This document shows, one piece after another, positions 1 through 10,537 of a DNA stretch of 64,000 nucleotides (its first letter is position 1; each line of letters opens with the position of its first letter). Source of the stretch: an uncultured Alphaproteobacteria bacterium (GTDB lineage Bacteria > Pseudomonadota > Alphaproteobacteria > HIMB59); NCBI GenBank assembly GCA_902619375.1, contig CACNEB010000007.1:2118-66117 (forward strand), in the 5' to 3' direction. The notes beneath the pieces were generated by a model, which worked only from the letters and a program-made list of their open reading frames with translations, had not been told where the DNA came from and made no database searches. The translations under genes and the position numbers were made by a program.

Positions 1-483
1 ATATGAAATTAATGACAAAATAATACTTACAGCAATTGTCCATAAAAAAAAACCACTAACAGTCTTAGTTTCAACTCTTTTTTTTGGAACTAAATAAAAA
101 TATTCTAATTTTTTTTCGTCGAAAAATATAAAATAGGTTTGATTTTGTAGAACTTCAAAATTTCCAGATATTTGATCAAGAGAATTTTTCATTCGTTTTT
201 TGAATATCCAATTTGATACTTTCTCAGTTTCACTCAAATCTATACTATCAGTTCTTATAATTTGTAAAGTATTTGCATAATTATTAATAGAAGGTGAATC
301 TTTCTGCATTTCCAAGATTTTTATTTCATTAGAAATTGATTGAGCGCTTCTTTTTAAAACTAAATCCCAGTGTAATTCAAAAAATATGACAATCCCTATA
401 ATTTGAACAAGTACTATTGGTATTGTTATTAGATAAACAGATCTTACTAAAAGGCTTTCTGAAAAGTTACTCCATTTAAACAT
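1..483 (-). CDS. EnvZ-like sensor histidine kinase, N-terminal part (runs off window start)
   Basis: Own translation from ATG 483: MFKWSNFSESLLVRSVYLITIPIVLVQIIGIVIFFELHWDLVLKR..., with TM helix; directly follows the OmpR-type regulator. Confidence 0.75.
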   Translation of the reverse strand, partial: MFKWSNFSESLLVRSVYLITIPIVLVQIIGIVIFFELHWDLVLKRSAQSISNEIKILEMQKDSPSINNYANTLQIIRTDSIDLSETEKVSNWIFKKRMKNSLDQISGNFEVLQNQTYFIFFDEKKLEYFYLVPKKRVETKTVSGFFLWTIAVSIILSLISY

Positions 484-1151
484 TAAATGAAAATTTTATA
501 TCCTTTTCCATGAACCGATCTAATTATATCTTTTAAATTACACATTTTTTTTAGTTTCAATCTCAATCTTGAAATTTGCATATCCCCACTTCTCGATAAA
601 TAATCAAGCCCTAGTTCAGTATTTAGCAAATCTCTAGTTAAATACTGATGGGAATTATTAATCAGCAATTTCAATATTTTTACCTCATTACTTGAAAGAT
701 TTATGGTTTGATTTTTAAATTTTAATATTTCTCTTTTTAAATCGAATTCTGTTTCATTTCCAAAGTTTATTAAATCATTTGATTGTTTTTTTGAAATATT
801 TTTTTTTATCTTAAGTAACAGTTCCCTTGAGTCGAATGGTTTTCCAATATAATCATCAGCCCCAAGCTCTAACCCAGTTACTCTGTCGTCTACATTACTT
901 AATGCAGACAGAAATATTACAGGAGTATTGACCCTATTTTTTATATTATTTTCATAAAAATCTAAACCTGTGCTATCCGGAAGCATTACATCTAAAATTA
1001 TCAAATCAAATAAAAATAATTTTATTAATTTTTTTGCTTCACCAATATTTATAGCTTTTGAAACTATATAATTGTTATTCACTAATAATTTTTCAATAAG
1101 AGCTTGAAGCATTTCATCATCTTCAACTAAAAGTATATGCTTAAAATTCAT
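483..1151 (-). CDS. OmpR/PetR-family response regulator
   Basis: Receiver motifs LLVEDD, LDVMLP, GADDYIGKPF; winged-helix end RSVHGKGY. Confidence 0.92.
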   Translation of the reverse strand: MNFKHILLVEDDEMLQALIEKLLVNNNYIVSKAINIGEAKKLIKLFLFDLIILDVMLPDSTGLDFYENNIKNRVNTPVIFLSALSNVDDRVTGLELGADDYIGKPFDSRELLLKIKKNISKKQSNDLINFGNETEFDLKREILKFKNQTINLSSNEVKILKLLINNSHQYLTRDLLNTELGLDYLSRSGDMQISRLRLKLKKMCNLKDIIRSVHGKGYKIFI

Positions 1152-1567
1152 TATAATGACTCTATTATATTTATAAATCCGGACATATTTTTAGGATCTA
1201 TTTTTTTAAAAATTTTTATAATTTTTTCATTTATTCTATTTGTTGTTTTTTCAATTAATATCTCACCATAATCAGTTATTGATATATTTTTATTGTCTAA
1301 GTTTAATACATTTTTATTTTGAAGGTCTTTAAGAATTAAATTCAAATTTTGTTTTTTTAGATACAGTTTATTTGCTATATCTATTTTTCTTCTAAATCCT
1401 TTTTTAATTTCTAAAGAAACTATTAATTCATTAAAAGTTAAATTATGTAATTCACAACAAATTTGGATTTCTCTTTGTAGTGATCTATACGATCTATGAA
1501 GGCCTAAAATTATTTCTAGGATATTTTCTTTTTTAAAATATAAAGTGTCGGCAAAACTCAAATTCAT
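1151..1567 (-). CDS. MarR-family (PetP-like) regulator
   Basis: Size, winged-helix pattern (IANKLYLKKQNL...ITDYGE), position between ilvE and the OmpR regulator. Confidence 0.65.
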   Translation of the reverse strand: MNLSFADTLYFKKENILEIILGLHRSYRSLQREIQICCELHNLTFNELIVSLEIKKGFRRKIDIANKLYLKKQNLNLILKDLQNKNVLNLDNKNISITDYGEILIEKTTNRINEKIIKIFKKIDPKNMSGFINIIESL

Positions 1568-1626
1568 AAAATATAACTATAATTATATTGTGAATTTTAA
1601 TAAATAATAATACATTATTTTGGATC

Positions 1627-2514
1627 ATGGAAATTATTCCCTTCGATAAAAGAATTGGTTTTATTTGGTATAATGGCGAGTTTGTTGAATGGCAGAATGC
1701 TACCACTCATGTGTTAAACCATGGACTCCATTACGGTAGTTGTGTTTTTGAAGGATTAAGGGTTTATGGGGAAAAAATTTATGAATTAGAAAAACATACT
1801 GATAGACTATTTTTTTCTGCGCAAAGAATGGGCATAGAAGTACCATATTCAAAGGATGAAATAAATAATGCTCAAAAAGCGACTATAAAAAAAATGAACA
1901 TAAAATATGGTTATGTTCGCCCAGTGATTTGGAGAGGAAGTGAAATGATGGCTATCTCTGCACAGAAAAATAAAATTAATGTAGCTGTTGCTACTTGGGA
2001 ATGGCCTAGTTATTTCACTAAAGAAGACCGATTAAAGGGCATATCTCTTCAAACAGCAGTGTGGAAAAGGCCGCCCCCAGATTGCATACCAACTGACACT
2101 AAAGCTGCAGGACTATATATGATTTGTACTTTAAGTAAGCATGAAGCTGAAAAAAATGGTTTTACAGATGCTTTGATGCTTGATTATAAAGGTAGAGTAA
2201 GCGAGTCGACTGGATCAAATATTTTTTTGGTAATTAATGGAGAAATTCATACTCCTGTGCCTGATTGTTTTTTAAATGGAATTACACGTCAGGCTGTTAT
2301 TGAAATTGCTAAAAATGAGGGTATCAAAGTTATTGAAAGAGATATATATCCAGATGAAATAAAAAATGCCGAAGAAATTTTCTTAACAGGCTCTGCTGTA
2401 GAAGTAACTCCCGTAGGAAAAATAGATAATCAAACTTTTAAAGTTGGAGATATTACAGCTAAGATTTCAAGTCTGTACATGAAAGAGGTTGACCCCAACT
2501 ACAAAGATAATTAA
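1627..2514 (+). CDS. ilvE: Branched-chain amino acid aminotransferase
   Basis: HGLHYGSCVFEGLR, KAAGLY, LNGITRQ, EIFLTGSAVEVTPV. Confidence 0.95.
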   Translation: MEIIPFDKRIGFIWYNGEFVEWQNATTHVLNHGLHYGSCVFEGLRVYGEKIYELEKHTDRLFFSAQRMGIEVPYSKDEINNAQKATIKKMNIKYGYVRPVIWRGSEMMAISAQKNKINVAVATWEWPSYFTKEDRLKGISLQTAVWKRPPPDCIPTDTKAAGLYMICTLSKHEAEKNGFTDALMLDYKGRVSESTGSNIFLVINGEIHTPVPDCFLNGITRQAVIEIAKNEGIKVIERDIYPDEIKNAEEIFLTGSAVEVTPVGKIDNQTFKVGDITAKISSLYMKEVDPNYKDN

Positions 2515-2972
2515 TAAATAATATCTTTCCATTTTAACATTTTTTCATTATCTAAGTTTTTTTGTAGTACCGTTTCTTTTTCATCATTATCTAATAAATG
2601 AAATTTCCAAAAAGCTACATCTATCTTTAAGCTATCAATTACAAACTCACAAGCTTCTATAGCGTTTGCACGATGAGAAGAGGCAGTAATTACTAAGACA
2701 ATTTTTTCTCCTAAATCCAATTTTCCTATTCGGTGAATTATTAAACATTCATTTAGTTTCCAACTACTTAATGCTTTGCTTCTTATTTTCTTAAGCTGAG
2801 CTAATGCTAATTCTTCATAACACTCCAAATAAATTCCTTTTATTTTCTTATTTGATGAGCTTAAATCAGATCTAACTGTTCCTAAGAAGAAACTGTATGC
2901 ACCATTTATATCGGATGAAACACATTTAAATTCCGTTTCCAGATCAAAATTATCATTAGTTATTTTAATCAT
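2511..2972 (-). CDS. moaE: Molybdopterin synthase catalytic subunit
   Basis: FLGTVR, IHRIGKL, SSHR, LK..VAFWK. Confidence 0.92.
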   Translation of the reverse strand: MIKITNDNFDLETEFKCVSSDINGAYSFFLGTVRSDLSSSNKKIKGIYLECYEELALAQLKKIRSKALSSWKLNECLIIHRIGKLDLGEKIVLVITASSHRANAIEACEFVIDSLKIDVAFWKFHLLDNDEKETVLQKNLDNEKMLKWKDIIY

Positions 2973-3226
2973 TATCCACCTGTAACGGGAGGTAACAAAG
3001 CTAATATATCACCATTATTTAGTGTTTGATTATCATCATCTATTTCCGTCAAGTTTAAAAAATATTTTACACTCTTATCCTCAAATATTTCTTGAAATAC
3101 AGGGTCTTTTGAAATGAGATTATTTTTCAACTGTTTAAAACTTATTGTTTGATTTAATTCAATTAAGTCATGACTTTTTTTAAGTTTTACTCTTATCCAA
3201 GAAAAATATTTTAATGTAATATTCAA
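2972..3226 (-). CDS. moaD: Molybdopterin synthase sulfur carrier
   Basis: C-terminal PPVTGG; adjacent to moaE. Confidence 0.92.
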   Translation of the reverse strand: MNITLKYFSWIRVKLKKSHDLIELNQTISFKQLKNNLISKDPVFQEIFEDKSVKYFLNLTEIDDDNQTLNNGDILALLPPVTGG

Positions 3227-3777
3227 ATATGTTTAAGACCTTTTGCAACATAATTATATCCAGATAACAAAGTAATTATAGCGGCTAGCCATAATGTTAC
3301 TAAGCCTAAATTCCAAAGAAAATCATTTAATTCAAAACCTAATCCTATTATGAGAATAGATAAGCTAACCATTTGAAATGTAGTTTTATATTTAGCTAGT
3401 TTGCTCACTGGCATATCAGTATTTAGTTTAGCTAAAAATTCTCTTAAACCAGAAATAGCAATTTCTCTTAATAAAATAATTATTGCTGGAATAACATGAA
3501 TGTCAGCAATTACTCTTGTGTCTATCAAAACTATGATGACAGCTGCTATTAATAGTTTATCAGCGATAGGATCAAGTAGAGTACCAAGCTTAGATGATTG
3601 ATTCAATGTTCTTGCTAAATATCCATCAAAATAATCAGATATAGATGAAACTATAAAAAGTAAGCCTGCAACAAGAACCACTTTAGAATTATCGGAGAAC
3701 AGTAAATATAAAATTATGGGAATTAAAATAATTCTTACAAAAGTAATTATATTGGGAATAGTGTAAATTTTAGCCAT
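3223..3777 (-). CDS. pgsA: Phosphatidylglycerophosphate synthase
   Basis: DYFDGYLAR...G..LDPIADK motif; uvrC-pgsA order. Confidence 0.95.
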   Translation of the reverse strand: MAKIYTIPNIITFVRIILIPIILYLLFSDNSKVVLVAGLLFIVSSISDYFDGYLARTLNQSSKLGTLLDPIADKLLIAAVIIVLIDTRVIADIHVIPAIIILLREIAISGLREFLAKLNTDMPVSKLAKYKTTFQMVSLSILIIGLGFELNDFLWNLGLVTLWLAAIITLLSGYNYVAKGLKHI

Positions 3778-5572
3778 TAATCTTATCCAATATAGCCTTA
3801 ATATTTTTCGAATTTAATCCTTTTATTTGAGTTAACTCATCTCTATTAGCTTTCTTTAGATTTTGAACACTTCCAAAAAAATTGATGACCCTCATTTTTT
3901 TTATTTTCCCAATGCCAGATATATCATCTAAAAAACTCGTTTTTAGGGAGTCGGACATCCTTTTCATGCTATTTTTTTTGGATAATTTGTGAGCCTGATC
4001 TCTCATTTTTTGAATAAAACCCTCTATTTGAGGGCTATCCTTCAAAGATAGATTTTTTTCACTTAGAGTATGATATCTATCAAATCTAAAATCTCGTTTA
4101 AAACCTTTAGACACTCCAATTAACTTTATACTTTCGCTAATACCGCTATCATCAATAATTTCTTGGCAAATTTTCAAATAAGGTTGACCCCCGTCAATTA
4201 TTATTAAATCTGGTAAAATTTTATCATCTTTGGAGAAACGAGATTTAAAAACCTTTCGCATCAAATCTGCATCACCAAATTTTTTTAAATCATAATCTTT
4301 AAATTTATATGTTCTAGAGTCTTTTATACTAAATCCCTCTTCATTAAATACTACATATGATGCCACAGCATAGTTGTTACCAAAAAAACTATTATCGTAA
4401 GCCTCAACACGTTCAATTTTATTATCAATATTAAACCTATTTTTCATTAAAGTTAAAATTTCTTGATTATTAATAAACTTTTGTTTTTGAAGATTTACTT
4501 CTTTATCATTTCTTTTTGCGGTAAGTTTCGAAATTTTCTGAACACCATTAATTTTGCTACTTTTTAGAAATACATCAATCTTATAATTATCTCTCATAAT
4601 TGACTTTAATTCATTATATCCGTTAATTTTTTTTGAAATTATTATTTTATTAGGTCTGAAGTTTTTTAAATAAAATTGTATAATTAAAGAGGTAAGGTCT
4701 ATATCATCTTCAAACTTTTCAGAATAGTAAATTAAATTCCCGCCAAGATATCGCCCATACCTAATGAAACCAATGTATATTGATAAATGTTTTTTATCAT
4801 CAATATGGATATAGTCATAATTTGTATCTTGAGTGCTGATTTTCACTTCCTCCCTAATGATAAAATTTAAAGATTGTATACTATCTCTTAGCTCTGCTGC
4901 CTTTTCATAGTTTTGGCTTTCACTAAAATAAACCATTTGTTTTTCTAATTTATCAAATATTTTTTTTTGCCCTCCTTGAAAAAATTTAACTGTATCATCA
5001 ACTTGATTTTTGTATTCATTTTGGCTAACTTTATTTACGCATGGAGCGGAGCATTGTTTTAAGTCATAAAGTAGGCATGCCCGTTTTCTATTTTTAAACT
5101 CTAAGTCACTACAACTCCTTAACTTAAAAGATTTCTGCAAGATTTTTATGACTTTGTCTGTTTTTAACGCAGAGGTAAATGGACCAAATACTTTATCCTC
5201 ATTAGAAAATTCATTTCTAAATCTTGTCAGTCTTGGAAAGTCACCTTTAGTAATTTTAATTAATGGAAAGCTCTTATCATCTTTTAAACGAATATTATAT
5301 CTTGGTGAAAATTTCTTGATAAGTAAAGCCTCTAATAATAATGCATTTCTTTCAGACTCTGTTAACTCAAAATCAATATTTACTGTTTGTGAAACCATTT
5401 TTTGAAGTCTTCTTGGAAGTTTTGGTAAATTACCGTAATTAGATAATCTCCTTTTGATATTAATAGCTTTTCCTATATAGATCGGGTTATCTTTTTTATT
5501 TTTAAAAAGATAAACCCCTGAACTTTGAGGTGCGTCTTTTATTTTATTTTTAAGAATTTCAAGTCCAATCAT
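3770..5572 (-). CDS. uvrC: Excinuclease ABC subunit C
   Basis: GIY-YIG (GVY..IYIGKA), PRYNI.LKDDKSFP, DGG, C-terminal HhH. Confidence 0.95.
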   Translation of the reverse strand: MIGLEILKNKIKDAPQSSGVYLFKNKKDNPIYIGKAINIKRRLSNYGNLPKLPRRLQKMVSQTVNIDFELTESERNALLLEALLIKKFSPRYNIRLKDDKSFPLIKITKGDFPRLTRFRNEFSNEDKVFGPFTSALKTDKVIKILQKSFKLRSCSDLEFKNRKRACLLYDLKQCSAPCVNKVSQNEYKNQVDDTVKFFQGGQKKIFDKLEKQMVYFSESQNYEKAAELRDSIQSLNFIIREEVKISTQDTNYDYIHIDDKKHLSIYIGFIRYGRYLGGNLIYYSEKFEDDIDLTSLIIQFYLKNFRPNKIIISKKINGYNELKSIMRDNYKIDVFLKSSKINGVQKISKLTAKRNDKEVNLQKQKFINNQEILTLMKNRFNIDNKIERVEAYDNSFFGNNYAVASYVVFNEEGFSIKDSRTYKFKDYDLKKFGDADLMRKVFKSRFSKDDKILPDLIIIDGGQPYLKICQEIIDDSGISESIKLIGVSKGFKRDFRFDRYHTLSEKNLSLKDSPQIEGFIQKMRDQAHKLSKKNSMKRMSDSLKTSFLDDISGIGKIKKMRVINFFGSVQNLKKANRDELTQIKGLNSKNIKAILDKING

Positions 5573-5665
5573 AAGTCTATATTACAGACATTTTATAAAT
5601 CACAAAAAAAATTAATAAGTTTCTAATCAAAAAATAGATAGTATAAATAAATATTATATTAAAAC

Positions 5666-6553
5666 ATGGACTGGGATAAACTTAAAATTTTTCATAATGT
5701 TGCACTAGATCTTAATATCTCAGAAGCAGCCAATAAAATGAATATAAGTCATTCATCCATAAGTAGACAGATTAGTTCATTAGAGAGAGATTTGAAAGTA
5801 TCACTATTTAAAAGACATGCCAGAGGACTAACATTGACTGAACAAGGTAAAATTTTATTCAAAACAGCACATGATATATTTGGAAAGATCGCTCTAACTG
5901 AGTCTCAATTAACTTCCTCAAAAGAAAAACCTACAGGTTCACTACATATAGCTGCCACTGTTGCATTTGGTACCACATGGCTTGCCCCAAGAATAGCAAA
6001 GTTTTCAAACTCATATCCTGATATTGATATTTCTATAAGAATTGAAAATAAATATACAGATCTTTCCTTAGGTGAAGCTGATGTAGCTTTACGATTAAAA
6101 GAGCCTACACAAATGGATTTAATTCGTTTTCCTTTATATGAGTTTCAGTTTAAAATCTACTCCTCACCAGAATACATTGAAAAATTTGGTATACCAAAAA
6201 GTGTGAGTGATTTATCAAAACATACAATAATTGCTTTTGGTCATGATGTTGAGCCATCTATACCCGATGTAAACTGTATTTTGGATTTAATTCCTAAATC
6301 AAAAAAACCCAAGACCATTTATATATCTAATATGTATGGAGTTATGAGAGCTATTGGAGGAGGAGCGGGCATTGGTGCCTTACCAGAATATATGAAAATA
6401 TCTAATAACAATCTTGTTCCTATTTTACCAAATGCAAATACGCCAAAGACAATCATTTATTTTACTTATCCCCCTGAATTAAAGGGTTCTAAAAAAATTG
6501 AAGCCCTCAGGGATTTTTTAGTGAGAGAAGTAAATAAAGAAAAAAAAGTTTAG
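5666..6553 (+). CDS. LysR-family transcriptional regulator
   Basis: MDWDKLKIF...SRQISSLE..L...LF.RHARGL.LTEQG. Confidence 0.93.
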   Translation: MDWDKLKIFHNVALDLNISEAANKMNISHSSISRQISSLERDLKVSLFKRHARGLTLTEQGKILFKTAHDIFGKIALTESQLTSSKEKPTGSLHIAATVAFGTTWLAPRIAKFSNSYPDIDISIRIENKYTDLSLGEADVALRLKEPTQMDLIRFPLYEFQFKIYSSPEYIEKFGIPKSVSDLSKHTIIAFGHDVEPSIPDVNCILDLIPKSKKPKTIYISNMYGVMRAIGGGAGIGALPEYMKISNNNLVPILPNANTPKTIIYFTYPPELKGSKKIEALRDFLVREVNKEKKV

Positions 6554-6726
6554 TCTTTTTTTATAAATTTTTTATTACAGTAGTTACACACAATTTCTTT
6601 TTTTTTACCAAATTTAAAATAAACAGCTGGATGACCTAAATCACCACTACCGCCATCGCACATTACTATATCAGTATTTTTTGAAACATATTCGATGGGA
6701 TCTGCTATTTTGTTTTGATCACTCAT
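6550..6726 (-). CDS. zf-CHCC zinc-finger protein (58 aa, not in ORF track)
   Basis: Own translation MSDQNKIADPIEYVSKNTDIVMCDGGSGDLGHPAVYFKFGKKKEIVCNYCNKKFIKKD; start overlaps the htpG stop. Confidence 0.88.
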   Translation of the reverse strand: MSDQNKIADPIEYVSKNTDIVMCDGGSGDLGHPAVYFKFGKKKEIVCNYCNKKFIKKD

Positions 6727-8585
6727 AACGAAACAAGTTCTGAGACTAAATTCGTATATTTTTTCGGATCATCAAGGCTTTCACCTTCCATAAGCTTTGC
6801 GTGATCATAAAGAATTTCACAGAATTTGTCTTTTTGATTTTTATCTAAAGATTTTAATTTATTAACTAATTCATGATTAATATTTATTTCTAAAATTCTT
6901 TTTTCATCAGAAATATTTTGATTATTTGCAGCCATCAGTTTTTTTAAATGCATATCCATATCATTCTCATCAGCTACTAAACATGAAGCACTTGTAGTTA
7001 GTCTTTTAGAAATTTTTACATCTTTAACTTTATCTTTCAAATTGTCTTTTAGAAATCCAACAAAATCTTTATCTTCCTTTGGCTCTTCTTTCTCTTTTTT
7101 TGACTCTTTTTTATCCTCAATATCTATTTCACCTTTAGTAATAGATGTAAATTCATAATCTTTGAATTTCATTTTCATTGGCATCCAGAATTCGTCAACT
7201 GGATCCGTAATTAACAAAACATTTATTTTTTTATTTTTAAATAGTTCCATTTGAGGGCTATTGATGAGATTTTCCTTGTTTTCACCTGATATATAGTAGA
7301 TTTTCTTTTTATCATTTGAAAAATCAGTTACGTATTGATCTAAAGTTATCATCTCCTCTTTCTCAGAGCAGTTGAACGTTGAAAACTCAAATATTTGATC
7401 ATGAAAATCATTAAATTCATAAAGTCCCTCTTTTACAACAGGACCAAAATTCTTCCAAAAATCTTTAAATTCATCTGGTTTCTTTCTTTTTAATTCTAGA
7501 ATTTCTTTAAGAACTCTTTTTGTAATAGCATTAGATATTTTATTAATTACAGCATTATTTTGTAAAATTTCTCTTGAAATATTTAAACTAAGATCTTCTG
7601 TGTCTACCACACCTGGCACAAATCTAAGCCAAGCTGGAATTAATGCATCTAACTTATCAGAAATAAATACTTTATTCACATATAGCTTTAACTTGTTTTT
7701 TCGATCTGGATGGTAAAGATCTTGCGGCTGCGATTTTGGTAAATATAAAAGTGCAGTATAATTTACAACTCCCTCAGCTTTAAAGTGAATAGTTGTTAAA
7801 GGCTCATCATAATAGTTTGAAACTTGATTATAAAAAGATTTGTAGTCATCTTTTTTAATTTTTGATTTATCTTTTAGCCAAATGGCTTCAGCAGAGTTTA
7901 CTTGTTCTTCAGTCTTATCATCTTTTTTCTTATCATTTTTATCCTCTTCGGATGTTACAAAAATGGGGAAAGGAACAAAATCAGAATACTTTTTTATTAT
8001 TTCCTCTATTTTATATTTACTTAAGAACTCTTTCTCATCCTTCTTAATTGATAACGTAATTTCAGTTCCAATTTCATTGTATTCTGTTTCCTCAATTGAA
8101 AATGTACCTTTACCATCTGAAGTCCATAGGTAACCACTGGATGAGTCATATTTCTTTGATCTAACTACTACTTGATCTGAAACCATAAATGATGAATAGA
8201 AACCAACTCCAAATTTACCAATTTGATTGATATCTCCCTTTTTATCACCCATCTTTTTAATAAACTCTTCCGTGCCAGATTTAGCTATTGTGCCTAAATT
8301 TGATTGCATATCTTTATCATCCATGCCAATCCCATTATCTTTAATTGAGATGGTTTTATTTTTTTCATTAAGATGAATTCGAATTAGGAATTTATTTGTT
8401 TTAGGAGCTTTCGAGTCAGTCTGACTAACATATCTTAGCTTTTCGCAAGCATCTGATGAATTTGATATTAATTCTCGTAAAAATATTTCCTTTTCGGTAT
8501 AGAGTGAATTAGCAACTATATCTAGGAGTTTTGATACTTCGGTTTCAAATTTTACAGTTTTCTTTTCCGCTTGTTGTTTAGTCAT
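6723..8585 (-). CDS. htpG: Hsp90 chaperone
   Basis: EIFLRELISNSSDA, DNGIGM, IGKFGVGFYS, LNISREILQ. Confidence 0.97.
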   Translation of the reverse strand: MTKQQAEKKTVKFETEVSKLLDIVANSLYTEKEIFLRELISNSSDACEKLRYVSQTDSKAPKTNKFLIRIHLNEKNKTISIKDNGIGMDDKDMQSNLGTIAKSGTEEFIKKMGDKKGDINQIGKFGVGFYSSFMVSDQVVVRSKKYDSSSGYLWTSDGKGTFSIEETEYNEIGTEITLSIKKDEKEFLSKYKIEEIIKKYSDFVPFPIFVTSEEDKNDKKKDDKTEEQVNSAEAIWLKDKSKIKKDDYKSFYNQVSNYYDEPLTTIHFKAEGVVNYTALLYLPKSQPQDLYHPDRKNKLKLYVNKVFISDKLDALIPAWLRFVPGVVDTEDLSLNISREILQNNAVINKISNAITKRVLKEILELKRKKPDEFKDFWKNFGPVVKEGLYEFNDFHDQIFEFSTFNCSEKEEMITLDQYVTDFSNDKKKIYYISGENKENLINSPQMELFKNKKINVLLITDPVDEFWMPMKMKFKDYEFTSITKGEIDIEDKKESKKEKEEPKEDKDFVGFLKDNLKDKVKDVKISKRLTTSASCLVADENDMDMHLKKLMAANNQNISDEKRILEININHELVNKLKSLDKNQKDKFCEILYDHAKLMEGESLDDPKKYTNLVSELVSL

Positions 8586-8612
8586 TTTTTTCTAATATCC
8601 TTATTATAAGTA

Positions 8613-9953
8613 ATGTTTACCAATGATAATACTGAGTGTTCTACAAAAATTTCTGTCATTTCACAAAGTAAATTTGATAAATGGTTGTTAATACAATCAT
8701 CTTTTACTAAAAATTGGGCTTTATCTAATAATTTCAAGGCAGAATCAGGAAAAATTCTCAAAATTCCCTATGAGGATGGAAGATTGAAAGAGGTCATATT
8801 AGGAGAGGGCACAGATAAAAACCTAGAGGCAATTAGTGCTTTTTCTGCGTCTAACATTGGTAGCTATTATATTTCTAATAAATTTGCCAAATCAAAGGAG
8901 TCTGAAATATACAAAGCATGGGCTTGGGGCAACTATAAGTATCAGTCTAAATCCAAAAAAAATTTATTATACATCAAGGAACAAAAGGAATGTGAGTTTT
9001 TAACTTTTTACTCAGATTGTATAAATTTTTCAAGAGACTTGATAAATAGTCCTGCAAATAAATTAAACCCATCAACCTATTACTCAAAAATTAAAAATAA
9101 TAATTTGTTTAAAAATTTTAATTTTATTGATTACACTGAAAAAGAAATAAATTCAAATTTTCCTTTGACATGTGCTGTTGGCAAATCTTCCTCTTTAAAA
9201 CCAAAAGTGATTGAAATAACAAATCGAAAACTTTCAAAAAAAGATAAACCATTGGTTATTATTGGGAAAGGCGTTACATTTGACACAGGTGGTGTAAATA
9301 TAAAACCAGGTACCTCAATGAGAAATATGAAAAAAGATATGGGAGGATCTGCTATCGCTATATCATTATTTTTGTTAGCAAATTATTTTTTAAAAAAAAC
9401 TAAAATTGTTTTAATTGCCCCAATCGCTGAAAATGCAATATCATCCAAATCAATGAGACCTGGTGATGTATATTCATCTGTATCAGGAAAGTCTGTCGAA
9501 ATTTCTCATACAGATGCTGAGGGAAGACTTTTGTTAGCAGATGCAATAGAAAAAGCATCTTCTTATAACCCATGTATGATTATTGATTTTGCAACGCTTA
9601 CTGGAGCAGCAAGAGTAGCTCTGGGTGAAGACCTTCCTGCTTATTTTTGTAATAATGAAACATTTGCAAAAAAAATCGAAAATTTAAATAAAGAAAAATT
9701 GAGATGTTGGAGATTACCCTTGTACTCTCCTTACTTGTTTAAAATTAAATCTCAAGTAGCAGATCTTAGTAATGCATCTTTAGATGGTATGGCTGGATCT
9801 ATTACAGCAGCACTTTTTCTTCAAGAATTTTTAAAATCTCCCAATATACCTTGGTTTCACTTTGACACCTTTGCTTGGTCTCAAGACTCCAAAGGAGCTG
9901 CATTACAGGGATTAGATATAATGAGTGATTTTTTAAGGAAAAATTTTAATTAG
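8613..9953 (+). CDS. M17 leucyl aminopeptidase
   Basis: GKGVTFDTGG, MKKDMGG, TDAEGRL, DFATLTGA. Confidence 0.93.
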   Translation: MFTNDNTECSTKISVISQSKFDKWLLIQSSFTKNWALSNNFKAESGKILKIPYEDGRLKEVILGEGTDKNLEAISAFSASNIGSYYISNKFAKSKESEIYKAWAWGNYKYQSKSKKNLLYIKEQKECEFLTFYSDCINFSRDLINSPANKLNPSTYYSKIKNNNLFKNFNFIDYTEKEINSNFPLTCAVGKSSSLKPKVIEITNRKLSKKDKPLVIIGKGVTFDTGGVNIKPGTSMRNMKKDMGGSAIAISLFLLANYFLKKTKIVLIAPIAENAISSKSMRPGDVYSSVSGKSVEISHTDAEGRLLLADAIEKASSYNPCMIIDFATLTGAARVALGEDLPAYFCNNETFAKKIENLNKEKLRCWRLPLYSPYLFKIKSQVADLSNASLDGMAGSITAALFLQEFLKSPNIPWFHFDTFAWSQDSKGAALQGLDIMSDFLRKNFN

Positions 9954-10537
9954 TGAAGTACTTACTTTTATTTTTTCTATTATTAACAGGTTGTATTACA
10001 ACCGATAGGTCTTTTAACACAGCAAATATTTGCGATATTTTCAAAACAAATCCTAAATGGAAATCATATGCAGAAAAAACAAAAGAAAAATGGGGAGTTC
10101 CAGTTAGTTTGCAATTAAGCTTTATTAAACAAGAGTCCTCTTTTGAAAGAACTGCAAGGCCTCCGAGGAAAAAGGTATTGGGTTTTATACCTGGTTTAAG
10201 GCCATCAAGTGCTTATGGTTACAGTCAGGCCTTAGATGGAACATGGGAGGAGTATAAAGTTTCAACAAAAAACTTTAATGCCGATAGAAAAAATTTTAAA
10301 GATGCTAGCGATTTTATAGGTTGGTATGTTGATGGAAGTTACCGTCTGTTGAAAATTGACAAAAGTGACGTTTATAATCATTACCTTGCTTATCATGAGG
10401 GCAAGGGTGGATATCAAAAAAAATCTTATAACAAAAAAAAATGGCTTTTAGAGGTGGCAAAAAAAGTAGAACGTCAAGCTAAAGATTATTCTAATCAAAT
10501 AACAAAATGTAATTTTCATAAAAATAGTGTGTTTTAA
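9953..10537 (+). CDS. Transglycosylase SLT-like lipoprotein
   Basis: Lipobox LLTGC; QESSF, SSAYGYSQALDGTW, YLAYHEG. Confidence 0.8.
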   Translation: MKYLLLFFLLLTGCITTDRSFNTANICDIFKTNPKWKSYAEKTKEKWGVPVSLQLSFIKQESSFERTARPPRKKVLGFIPGLRPSSAYGYSQALDGTWEEYKVSTKNFNADRKNFKDASDFIGWYVDGSYRLLKIDKSDVYNHYLAYHEGKGGYQKKSYNKKKWLLEVAKKVERQAKDYSNQITKCNFHKNSVF

